Shown here: piece by piece, positions 48,290 through 57,375 of the stretch
Numbering within the stretch: the stretch's first letter is position 1
How the letters are laid out: each line of letters starts with the position of its first letter
DNA from: an uncultured bacterium
GTDB lineage: Bacteria; JAGOEH01
Reading direction: 5' to 3'
DNA: 64,000 nt
Assembly (NCBI GenBank): GCA_964632485.1
Contig: CAZWDO010000001.1
Span: 124,001 to 188,000, forward strand
Made by a program: the position numbers and the translations under genes
The notes under the pieces: model-generated
What the model was told of the DNA's origin: nothing
Databases searched by the model: none
The model's input: only the letters and a program-made list of their open reading frames with translations

Positions 48290-51200
48290 ATGATTTCAAG
48301 ACCCTGGTTATTTACAATCGTGTTTGCAATGTTGGTCAATTACTCTGCCGCGTATGGCCAAAAGCATATTAACAGATTTAAAAAGCTCAACATCGAAGAC
48401 GGATTATCGCATGGAACCATTTTTGCCGTAACTCAGGATAAGCTGGGATTCATCTGGTTCGGCACCAATGACGGATTAAACCGCTATGATGGTTATGATT
48501 TCAAAGTATTTCACAATGAACTTGAAGATCCCACATCTCTTTCCAACAGCAATATTAGTTGCTTGTTCACTGATAGTCGCCAACGGCTATGGATTGGCAC
48601 CCATGGAGGCGGACTGAACCAATATGATTTTATTCATGAACGATTTATCCGTTATCAACATCTGCCGAATGATACAAATTCCATCAGCAGTAACAGCATA
48701 CGTTGTATTTATGAAGATGCCGGCGGGCAACTCTGGATTGGAACCCAGGAGGGGCTTAATCAGTTTGACGCGGCCAGTGGAGGTTTCACCCGCTATTTTT
48801 ATAGTCCCGATGATCCCAACACACTTGTAAATAATGCCATTTGGGATATCATTCAGGACCATCAAGGAATTTATTGGCTGGGAACCTTCAATGGTTTAGT
48901 CCGCTGGGATCCCTTTAACAATAGCCTCCAACACTTTAAAAACAACCCGAAAGATAGTTCATCCCTCAGCCACAACTATGTTTGGACCATCCTTGAAGAC
49001 GCAAACCATTGCCTTTGGATTGGAACCTTTAATGGGCTGAATATGCTGGATTCAAATCGGCAAACGATCACACGCTATTTTCATATCTCTGATCCTCGCG
49101 CCAGTCCACCCTTACGCACGAATGTCTGGAATAGTATGCTCGATTCCAAGGGACAACTTTGGTTTGCGACACTCGGCTCCGGTCTGCTTCAGTATTCCTT
49201 AGCTAATAAAAAATTTACCTCATTCAGCAAGAAAGACTACGATATCGAAAGCTTAGGCAATAATTCAATCTGGGCCCTGCATGAAGATTTTTGCGGGACG
49301 ATATGGATGGGAACCGATGACGGAGCGAATTATTTCAATCTACTCACTCAAAATTTTAATTTTTGGAAACACAATCCCTTTGATACGAATTCCCTGGTTC
49401 ATGATTTCGTATGGTCAATTGGAGGCGATTCGAAACACCATATCTATATTGGCACCCAAAACGGTTTATCTATTTTAGACACTCATACCGATCAGTTTCA
49501 AACTCTGAAGCACGATCTGAATAAACCAGGGCTTCTAATCGACAACTATATCCGCTCATTATACACTGACTCCCACGAAAACATTTGGATCGGTACCAAT
49601 GGGGGCTTAAGTAGGTTCAATCCGAGGAAAAACACCTTTGTTAATTACGTTAATCATTATAATGACAGCACCAGTATCAGCAATAATACAATTATGGATA
49701 TCAAGGAAGATCAAAACGGAATCATTTGGCTGGCAACACTCACCGGAATAAACCGTTTAGATACAGTTACCCATAAAGCATTGCGCCTGATTCATTCTCC
49801 CCAAAATCCCCTTAGCATTAATCACAATTATTGCTATTCCCTCGCATTGGACAGCGCCGGGAAATTATGGGTAGGTACGGAGAACGGATTAGCTTGTATT
49901 CGAACATCGACCTTAAAAATTGAACGGATTGCGCCAGACCTGCCTGATTCGCTCCGATTTGACAATCTGGCAATCAATGTCGTCTATCTGGAGGATGATC
50001 GGCTGCTATATCTTGGCACAAATAAAGGGCTCTACATTTACAATATTGAAACCACGCAAACTTCTAAATTATCGAAAGACGACGGATTAATAAATGATCT
50101 CATTTATGGGATTCTTAAGGATAAAAAAGGCCGTCTCTGGCTTAGCACCAACGATGGATTATGCCGGTTCAATCCTGTGACCCGGGAAATAAAAAATTAT
50201 ACAATTGCAAACGGGTTACCAATCCAGCAGTTTTCGACCCGCGCTTATTATCAAGACGGCAATGGAAAGATTTATCTGGGAACTCCCAATGGTTTGATTG
50301 TGTTTAATCCCGACAGTTTAATTGACAATCCCTGTGTTCCATTTTTAAATATCACTGATTTTCGCATTCACTCGCGCACCGAAGAAACCACTCAATCGAA
50401 AGACTATTTCAATCAATCCATTTTATTTACCGATAGTTTCAAATTGAATTATCATCAAAATACACTTTCATTCCGTTTTACTGGTCTTCATTATTTATAT
50501 CCCGCCGCTAATCAATATGCCTATATGCTCGAAGGAATCGATCCCAATTGGAATTATGTGTCAGCTAAACAACGGTATGTAACCTATGGACAATTGCCTC
50601 CGGGACATTATATATTTAAAGTCAAAGGGGCGAATCCGGATGGAATCTGGAATCAGGAAATACGGAGCATTCATTTGATTATCAGTCCACCATTTTGGCA
50701 AACATTGCCCTTTCGCTTCCTGATGCTAATCGTAAGCGTTATGGTGATCATTAGTATCTATCGATATCGGACCCACATCATCCGAAACCGCAACAAGATA
50801 TTACAGACAATCAACATAAAACTCAACGAGGAAATTAAGGAACGGCAGGGCGCTGAAAGAAAACTGCAAACAGCTCAAAATTTTCTTCAGAATTTGTTGA
50901 ACTCACTCTCCTCATTTATAATCACCATCGATTTAAACCAACAAATCACTAAAACAAACCTCTCAGCCGCCGTTTTTTTCAGAATTGAACAAAACCCTCT
51001 TTCCCCTCAGAAAATTGATCAAGTCCTGCCATTTATCAAACCGTTTATGGAAGTGATAGAAAACGTATCCAGCTCCAATTTATCGCAGGAACTGCTTCAT
51101 ATTCCGGTACAAATTGAACGGAAAAATTACTATTTCAATTTTTCATTTTACCCGTTAACCAATCCTGAAAATAAAGGAATTGTGATTCGCATTGATGATG

Positions 51201-52411
51201 TTACTGAATTAGTCCATAAAGAGGAACAGCTTCGCCAGGCGCAAAAAATGGATTCGTTGGGAATACTGGTCGGCGGTCTGGCTCACAATTTCAATAATTT
51301 GTTGGGCGGAATAAGCGGTTCTCTCAGTCTGATCCAACATCTTACCCAAAACAATAATTACAACCCCCAAAAGCTTAAAAAAGGACTCAACATCATTGAG
51401 ATTGCCACTTCCCGCGCGACTGAACTGGTTCGGGATCTATTACGTATGACACGGAAACAGGAATTCACGTTTTCCAGTGTCGATCTAAATCAAGCTGCTG
51501 AGAATGTCTTGAATATCTGTAAAAATACATTTGACAAATCAATCATTATTAAATACACCCCTTCAGACCAGCCAGTGGTAACTAAGTCGGATCAGGGACA
51601 TATCGAGCAAGCTATTTTAAACCTTTGTATCAATTCAGCGCACGCATTAACCATTATGCGCGGTCCGGATGAACCTCAAGGGGGGATACTTTCCGTGGCT
51701 GTGTCCCTGGTTCCAACTGACACAATTTTTATGAAACTCTTTCCGGATGCAGTTTCGTCTCACTATGGGTGTATTCTTATCGAAGATTCAGGAGTTGGAA
51801 TTGATCCCGCTATACGTGAAAAAATTTTCGACCCCTTCTTTTCAACAAAAACAGAAGAACAGGGTACAGGATTGGGTCTATCAACGGTTTATTATATCAT
51901 TCACCAGCATCATGGCTATATCAACCTGTACTCCACTCCAGGGGAAGGAACCAGCTTTAAACTCTATATCCCAATAATCAATGACGCTGGGTCCCAATCC
52001 AAAGCGCTCCCCGAGAAACCTAAAGAATATATAGACGGAAAAGGTCGCCGCATTCTGATCATTGATGACGAAGAGATCATCCGTACGACATCCAGAGATA
52101 TTCTTGAAACCTTTAATTATAAAATTTTAGAAGCCGATTGCGGAGAAAAAGGAATTCAACTCTACCAGGAAAACTCCGACATAATTGATTTAATACTACT
52201 CGATATGGCAATGCCCAAGCTTTCCGGACTGGAAGTTTATCTCAGTCTTAAAAAGATTAATCCAAAGGTGAAGGTCATTCTTGCTTCAGGATATCGATTT
52301 GATAAACGAATCGACCGGACATTAGCCGAAGGAGCCGTTGGTTTTCTGCCAAAACCGTTTACGGTTGCCGAATTACTGAACATGATACAAACAACTCTAG
52401 GCTTAACTTAA
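48290..52411 (+). CDS. Hybrid sensor kinase: beta-propeller repeats, Y_Y_Y, TM, PAS-like, HisKA/HATPase and REC domains
   Basis: WIGT.GGL repeats, YAYMLEGID...YGQLPPG.Y, PPFWQT, GGLAHNFNN, FDPFFST, GTGLGL, IIDDE...LLDMAMP...PKPF. Confidence 0.9.
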   Translation: MISRPWLFTIVFAMLVNYSAAYGQKHINRFKKLNIEDGLSHGTIFAVTQDKLGFIWFGTNDGLNRYDGYDFKVFHNELEDPTSLSNSNISCLFTDSRQRLWIGTHGGGLNQYDFIHERFIRYQHLPNDTNSISSNSIRCIYEDAGGQLWIGTQEGLNQFDAASGGFTRYFYSPDDPNTLVNNAIWDIIQDHQGIYWLGTFNGLVRWDPFNNSLQHFKNNPKDSSSLSHNYVWTILEDANHCLWIGTFNGLNMLDSNRQTITRYFHISDPRASPPLRTNVWNSMLDSKGQLWFATLGSGLLQYSLANKKFTSFSKKDYDIESLGNNSIWALHEDFCGTIWMGTDDGANYFNLLTQNFNFWKHNPFDTNSLVHDFVWSIGGDSKHHIYIGTQNGLSILDTHTDQFQTLKHDLNKPGLLIDNYIRSLYTDSHENIWIGTNGGLSRFNPRKNTFVNYVNHYNDSTSISNNTIMDIKEDQNGIIWLATLTGINRLDTVTHKALRLIHSPQNPLSINHNYCYSLALDSAGKLWVGTENGLACIRTSTLKIERIAPDLPDSLRFDNLAINVVYLEDDRLLYLGTNKGLYIYNIETTQTSKLSKDDGLINDLIYGILKDKKGRLWLSTNDGLCRFNPVTREIKNYTIANGLPIQQFSTRAYYQDGNGKIYLGTPNGLIVFNPDSLIDNPCVPFLNITDFRIHSRTEETTQSKDYFNQSILFTDSFKLNYHQNTLSFRFTGLHYLYPAANQYAYMLEGIDPNWNYVSAKQRYVTYGQLPPGHYIFKVKGANPDGIWNQEIRSIHLIISPPFWQTLPFRFLMLIVSVMVIISIYRYRTHIIRNRNKILQTINIKLNEEIKERQGAERKLQTAQNFLQNLLNSLSSFIITIDLNQQITKTNLSAAVFFRIEQNPLSPQKIDQVLPFIKPFMEVIENVSSSNLSQELLHIPVQIERKNYYFNFSFYPLTNPENKGIVIRIDDVTELVHKEEQLRQAQKMDSLGILVGGLAHNFNNLLGGISGSLSLIQHLTQNNNYNPQKLKKGLNIIEIATSRATELVRDLLRMTRKQEFTFSSVDLNQAAENVLNICKNTFDKSIIIKYTPSDQPVVTKSDQGHIEQAILNLCINSAHALTIMRGPDEPQGGILSVAVSLVPTDTIFMKLFPDAVSSHYGCILIEDSGVGIDPAIREKIFDPFFSTKTEEQGTGLGLSTVYYIIHQHHGYINLYSTPGEGTSFKLYIPIINDAGSQSKALPEKPKEYIDGKGRRILIIDDEEIIRTTSRDILETFNYKILEADCGEKGIQLYQENSDIIDLILLDMAMPKLSGLEVYLSLKKINPKVKVILASGYRFDKRIDRTLAEGAVGFLPKPFTVAELLNMIQTTLGLT

Positions 52412-52582
52412 TAATTCTGTTAGTAGTGTAAACGCTCTCACAAACATATTTCCTGCTCGCATCTGCAGAAAATCAACCCTGCTTAAAAAATAGCAGAATT
52501 GGATATTGAGGGGCGATTTCAATAATTGAATTTTTCAATTGCGGGCACGACAGGTTGATAAGCCACAAATATTCGAAGTTGG

Positions 52583-52615
52583 AAGGCCGCGCTCAAATGG
52601 AGGGCGGCCTTTTTT
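52583..52615 (+). terminator. Intrinsic terminator
   Basis: AAGGCCGC / GCGGCCTT stem followed by a T-run. Confidence 0.7.
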
Positions 52616-52635
52616 CTGCATGGAATTATCAGTAT

Positions 52636-52992
52636 TCAGCTATTAAAATCAGTTTTATCTTGTTTTTTTTCGTTCATCATCTTCTGCTCAATAAAAAACG
52701 TGGCCAAAAACCCGAGGCCCCCTAACACCAGCACCAATCCCCAGGTCGTCGTTTTATCCATATTGGTCAAACTACTCACAAAAATTCCTCCTCCGAGAAC
52801 CAGACAAATAATTCCCCATTTCAGGGAATTATAGGTATCTGCCGTACGCATTGGCCGTAACATCGCGCGAATCTTGTTCTCATCAAGTTCCACATCAAGC
52901 ATCCGTTGCCGTATCTTGGAATCAGATACAATTTTAACAATCATAACCACACTGCCAAAAATGATGGCCGGGACTAATACGCTGGTATCCAT
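52636..52992 (-). CDS. Small membrane protein (DUF6249-like), divergent from the ECF sigma factor
   Basis: N-terminal TM, R..M...., LKWGII...G.G, two C-terminal TMs; ATG 52992 with AAGGAG. Confidence 0.65.
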   Translation of the reverse strand: MDTSVLVPAIIFGSVVMIVKIVSDSKIRQRMLDVELDENKIRAMLRPMRTADTYNSLKWGIICLVLGGGIFVSSLTNMDKTTTWGLVLVLGGLGFLATFFIEQKMMNEKKQDKTDFNS

Positions 52993-53024
52993 TTGAATCT
53001 CCTTGTTTAGGTTTCTGTATATAA

Positions 53025-53052
53025 TTGACACAAATTTTGATAAAAGGTTTCA
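53025..53052 (-). promoter_or_regulatory. ECF-type promoter for the membrane protein gene
   Basis: Minus strand TGAAAC -16 bp- TGTCAA. Confidence 0.65.
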
Positions 53053-53067
53053 CTTCAACGGGAAAAA

Positions 53068-53095
53068 TGAAACTTTTTTTATCTAAACCCGTCTA
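53068..53095 (+). promoter_or_regulatory. ECF-type autoregulatory promoter
   Basis: TGAAAC -16 bp- CGTCTA, SigW/SigX-like geometry. Confidence 0.7.
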
Positions 53096-53217
53096 TATAT
53101 ATAAAAGCCTTCGATAACCCGTTCGGGTTAAAATCCACGTTAATATTCAGGGATTATGGATAATCAATTCCGTTGTGATCAAAAGCAGATTTCCAGGATG
53201 ATCAGGAAGACGCGAAA

Positions 53218-53802
53218 ATGAACGAAGACACAAAAATAATTCAACATATTATTGATGGCGACCTTGCTGCATTTAAAATTCTGATTGAAAAATACCAACG
53301 ATTGGTATGGATGATCATTCGCGCTAAAATACACCATAAACAAGAGACCGAGGACTTGTCCCAGGAAGTGTTTTTAAAGGTTTACCAGGGATTGCCCCGG
53401 TTTCGCGGAGAATCAGGACTCGCAACCTGGATCGGTAAAATTGCGCATCATACCGCATTAAATTATCTACGGAAAAAATATCATCGCTGTGAATATCCAA
53501 TCGATTTTTCCAATGAATCCACTCGCTCCTTAACGCTCGATAAACTGGAGTGCAGCCGGGATCCAGTCATAGAACTGGAGAGCAGTAACCGCGCCTATCT
53601 TATCGAAAAATCAATTGCATCACTTCCCCAACACTATGCGCTGATTATCCGAATGTTCCATTTAGAGGAATTAAACTACCAGGAGATCGGGGAAATTTTG
53701 AAATTGCCAGCCGGAACCGTCAAGACTCATCTGTTTCGAGCCAGAAAATTGCTTAAAAAAAACCTTGAAACCCAATACAAACCCGAGGAGATAACGGCAT
53801 GA
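53218..53802 (+). CDS. ECF RNA polymerase sigma factor (SigW/RpoE-like)
   Basis: GDLAAF..L..KYQ, EDLSQEVFLK, F.GES..TW, region 4 LNYQEIGEILKLPAGTVKTHLFRAR. Confidence 0.93.
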   Translation: MNEDTKIIQHIIDGDLAAFKILIEKYQRLVWMIIRAKIHHKQETEDLSQEVFLKVYQGLPRFRGESGLATWIGKIAHHTALNYLRKKYHRCEYPIDFSNESTRSLTLDKLECSRDPVIELESSNRAYLIEKSIASLPQHYALIIRMFHLEELNYQEIGEILKLPAGTVKTHLFRARKLLKKNLETQYKPEEITA

Positions 53803-54299
53803 CCCATTTAACCGATGATGAAATCCAAGATCTCATTGATTATGGCCATCGGGCCAATTCCGTTAAACGATACCATCATCTTATGGTATGCCCAAGTTGT
53901 CATCAACGCTTTCAAAGTTATCAGACACTCATCCAGGAAATCGGCCAAATTCAGCGTGAGGGTCCTTCTGAAGGATTTGCCGACCGAACGCTCAGCCGGT
54001 TAGCCGCATCCATTTCATTAAAGCAAGCGCAGCCACCCACTCTTGCGCGCTTACTGGAAAGGTTGTTTCCTGTTTTGTCATTTGTGATCGCTTGTATCAG
54101 CGCCACTATTATCATCCCCAATCTATGGACCGCATTCCTTCCGGTTTGGAAAGTGATCCACTATTATGGTTTAAACTGGTTGGCTGAAAATAGTGTGTTC
54201 CTTCCGATTATCCTCAATTTAATTATTTTCGGAAATCTTTCAACGATTCTTAAAAAACTTAAGAAAAATCGAATTCAAACCCGTAATTTTATATTTTGA
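53799..54299 (+). CDS. Zinc-finger (ZAS-type) membrane anti-sigma factor
   Basis: HLTD...HLMVCPSC (HxxxCxxC), two TM segments; ATGA overlap with the sigma gene. Confidence 0.82.
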   Translation: MTHLTDDEIQDLIDYGHRANSVKRYHHLMVCPSCHQRFQSYQTLIQEIGQIQREGPSEGFADRTLSRLAASISLKQAQPPTLARLLERLFPVLSFVIACISATIIIPNLWTAFLPVWKVIHYYGLNWLAENSVFLPIILNLIIFGNLSTILKKLKKNRIQTRNFIF

Positions 54300-54404
54300 T
54301 AAGAGGCTATTAATTTATTGTTTCATAAACCGCTCTGATTATCCATTAGCGGGTCATTCCGACTGGCGCAGAAATGCCGAGGCCGTTGATTTTATCGACT
54401 AACT

Positions 54405-55817
54405 CTATTTAAGTCCTAAATTTAAAATAGCATACAACCATTGAGGGTGATAGATTCCCAGAATAAAAGAGAGCCCGAAAAGAGCGATAATCGGCAGATA
54501 GCTCCACCCGGAAAGTTTATATTTTACCGGGGGATTACTGGCGGGAGCGAAGGCCATCTGAAACCAGGCGCGTCCCATTCCAAACAAAATCACCAACAGA
54601 AACCCGGCAAACAATACAACCAACCAGGGATGCTGATTGGCGATTAAAATTTTAAACAACATCCATTCACTGATAAAGCTTCCAAATAAAGGAAATCCCG
54701 AAATGCTTACAAAACCGATCAACCACAAACCGCCTAATTTAGGAAAAAAAGTCAGAAGAGAACCTACCTGGTCAATCTGTTTATTTTTATAGGCGTTAAG
54801 AATCAGCCCGGCGCATAGAAAAAGTCCGCCTTTTGTAAATGAATGAGTCATCACATGCAGCAAGCCCGGGTAAACACCCGGTTCCCCCATACTGAAGGCG
54901 ATGGCAATAATTCCCATATTTTCAATGGAAGAGTAGGCCAGCATCCGTTTATAGTTTCGGGTTTTAATCATAAATACGCTACTGATGAAAAGCGAAAGAA
55001 AACCCATAATCAACAAGAGATTTTGTCCATAGGAAAGAATCTGATTAGCGTCAAGCAACGGGAAAAGGCGCAGGATTCCCAATAAAGCCGTATTGAGTAA
55101 GACGCCGGAAAGCAATGCTGATACAGGAGCCGGGGCTTCCGAATGGGCATCGGGCAGCCAGAAATGCACTGGCGCCAGCCCCATTTTAGTGCCAAAGCCC
55201 ACCAACATGAACACAAAAGCCAGTTTGAGCCACAAAATGGAAAAAGGACTGGCAGTCTGATAGATATCAATAAAAAAAAGCGATTCCAAATCAGGATTGG
55301 CGGCCAGAAGCAGGTTGATGCCCACAAACGACAAACCGATGCCAATCGAACAAATAAAAATATATTTCCAGGTGGCTTCCAGCGCTGTTTTGGATCGCTC
55401 ATACATAATCAACAAGGCGCTGGCAAGCGTGGTCAGTTCGATGAACACCCAGAGCAGGGCTAAATGCTGACTGAGCAGCGCCCCATCCATTGCCATAACA
55501 AAAAGCATCAACGCATGGATATAACCGGTTTGGCGGAGGGGGTGGGATATGCGTAACAATGCCAACATCTGGGGTGTAACCACTGTGATTAAAATTGATA
55601 AAATCATATAAAAGACAATATTAAGCGTATCAAAAGCGAAATATTGACTTAAAAACGGAAAACTGATCCAGGAAAATGTAATTTTAGCCAGTTGGCAGAT
55701 CATCACTCCAAGATGTAATACGATATCTGTAATCCAAAGGATACGATTAAGACGGGATGAACGGAATCCCCAAAGCAGAGGGGTGACAATCAATGGAAAT
55801 AGTAATAATACCAACAT
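54405..55817 (-). CDS. hyfF: Ehr/Hyf antiporter-like membrane subunit (HyfF-like)
   Basis: WVFIELTT, EATWKY, GFGTKMGLAP.HFWLPDAHSEAP, KRMLAYSSIENMG, HSFTK. Confidence 0.88.
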   Translation of the reverse strand: MLVLLLFPLIVTPLLWGFRSSRLNRILWITDIVLHLGVMICQLAKITFSWISFPFLSQYFAFDTLNIVFYMILSILITVVTPQMLALLRISHPLRQTGYIHALMLFVMAMDGALLSQHLALLWVFIELTTLASALLIMYERSKTALEATWKYIFICSIGIGLSFVGINLLLAANPDLESLFFIDIYQTASPFSILWLKLAFVFMLVGFGTKMGLAPVHFWLPDAHSEAPAPVSALLSGVLLNTALLGILRLFPLLDANQILSYGQNLLLIMGFLSLFISSVFMIKTRNYKRMLAYSSIENMGIIAIAFSMGEPGVYPGLLHVMTHSFTKGGLFLCAGLILNAYKNKQIDQVGSLLTFFPKLGGLWLIGFVSISGFPLFGSFISEWMLFKILIANQHPWLVVLFAGFLLVILFGMGRAWFQMAFAPASNPPVKYKLSGWSYLPIIALFGLSFILGIYHPQWLYAILNLGLK

Positions 55818-55818
55818 A

Positions 55819-56454
55819 TCAATCCCTTAAAGTCGAAAGATTATCCACATCCTGGTCATCAAACGTCGATTTGATACGGCTGATAAACACACCGGCCAGA
55901 AGTACTCCGATAAAAATATCCAAAGATATCCCCAGAGCCACAATGACGGGCATTTCGCGCGCCAGAGAAAGTGAAAGCAAAAATATACCGTTCTCCATCA
56001 CCATATAACCCATAATATGAGTAATCAATTTTTTACGGGTCACAATCAATAACAACCCCGTCATAATCATGGAAAAAGAAACCCCAAACGCTACCGGATT
56101 AACGCCCGAGGTGAAATGGGTGGAACCGAATGCCAGGGTAAATCCCAGGATAAAAATAACACTGACAGCAAAGAGCGAATAGAAAGTGGAAATATCGGGT
56201 TCGATTTCACGCTTAATCCCGTTTTCCTTCACCGTCTTATTCAGAAACCAGGGAATAAGAATCGCTTTAAAAAGGAGGGTTTCAACGGCGGCAAACAGGA
56301 ACGCTGTAATATTCAATCCCGATATATTATTCAAAGCAAATCCGAAAAGTAGTATCCCTTGCAGCACCAGTACCCGAATATACGCCCCGACCATCCCGGC
56401 AACCGCCAAATAGAGTAATGTAATACCCATCAATACTGGCAGCAGATCGCTCAT
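55819..56454 (-). CDS. hyfE: Ehr/Hyf membrane subunit (HyfE-like)
   Basis: LQG, KAILIP, MENGIFL, GISLDI, LSTLRD. Confidence 0.85.
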   Translation of the reverse strand: MSDLLPVLMGITLLYLAVAGMVGAYIRVLVLQGILLFGFALNNISGLNITAFLFAAVETLLFKAILIPWFLNKTVKENGIKREIEPDISTFYSLFAVSVIFILGFTLAFGSTHFTSGVNPVAFGVSFSMIMTGLLLIVTRKKLITHIMGYMVMENGIFLLSLSLAREMPVIVALGISLDIFIGVLLAGVFISRIKSTFDDQDVDNLSTLRD

Positions 56455-57374
56455 CAGACAATTCCTCCCTGATAAATGATTAGCATAGCCAAAACGATTA
56501 AAGCAAAAGAAAACATCATTAATACAAATTCAGGGATCAGTTTTAAGCGGATACGGGCCATTAACGATTCGATCAAACCAATCAAAGTCGCTTCCATAAA
56601 CAAAAAGCTTATAAAAAGAATCAAATTCAGAACTAATCCCAATTCCAGAGGAATTAAAAAATTAGCGATGAGAATACCGGGCATCAGCATTTTCAAGCCC
56701 GCAGCATATTGCAACAGAGCAAGATCGGGTCCGCTATTGTCCAAAATCATCACTTCATGAATCATAGTAAGTTCCAAATGTGTATTCGGATCATCCACCG
56801 GCACCCGGCAGCCCTCAACAATCATCATAATAAAAAGAGCTAAAACAATCAATATATTAACGGCCAAAACCCATTGAGTTTTAATATCCAGCAGCATCAC
56901 CACCTGTTGAAATGAACGGAAACCTGAGACATACGCCACCGAAGCGATAATGATAAAAAATGCCGGCTCGATCAGAGCGGTATAAGACGCCTCGCGGCTG
57001 GCGCCCATCCCCTCGAAACTACTACCGGTATCAAGCGCCATTAAAATTTGAAAATATTTAGCTAAACTATAGAGATAGGCAAATACCAGAAAATCGCCAT
57101 CAAAACTTATCAACGTTGATTTATTGACCATCGGCAAAACCAGTACCCCCGTCATTAGCGCCGCAGCGATCAATACCGGACTAATTTGAAAAATCCAACT
57201 GGCAGAATGGCTGATCACCCGCTCCTTATGCAAAAGCTTTATAAAATCCCACCATGGCTGCAAAAAAGGCACTCCGACCCTGCCAGACCACATAGCCTTA
57301 ACCCGGTGGATCCATCCCAAAAAAAGAAACGGGAAAAATAAAATAATTATTATATTGAAAACAATTGGCAGCAT
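56454..57374 (-). CDS. hyfC: Ehr/Hyf membrane subunit (HyfC/NuoH-like)
   Basis: GRVGVP..QPW.D..KL, ALDTGSSFEGMGASRE, RVPVDDPNTHLELTMIHE. Confidence 0.88.
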   Translation of the reverse strand: MLPIVFNIIIILFFPFLFLGWIHRVKAMWSGRVGVPFLQPWWDFIKLLHKERVISHSASWIFQISPVLIAAALMTGVLVLPMVNKSTLISFDGDFLVFAYLYSLAKYFQILMALDTGSSFEGMGASREASYTALIEPAFFIIIASVAYVSGFRSFQQVVMLLDIKTQWVLAVNILIVLALFIMMIVEGCRVPVDDPNTHLELTMIHEVMILDNSGPDLALLQYAAGLKMLMPGILIANFLIPLELGLVLNLILFISFLFMEATLIGLIESLMARIRLKLIPEFVLMMFSFALIVLAMLIIYQGGIV

Positions 57375-57375
57375 T

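Noticed and set aside
52472-52565. Cloverleaf-like fold followed by CCA, considered as a tRNA
   Set aside because: No T-loop TTCR, no D-loop GG and wrong arm geometry; kept only as an unknown structured element
54351-54385. GACTGGCG resembling the ZTP riboswitch core
   Set aside because: It lies between convergent gene ends and lacks the 3' CGCC-TGGG pseudoknot partner
55841-55849. Perfect DnaA box TTATCCACA
   Set aside because: Single copy inside the hyfE coding sequence; compatible with chance
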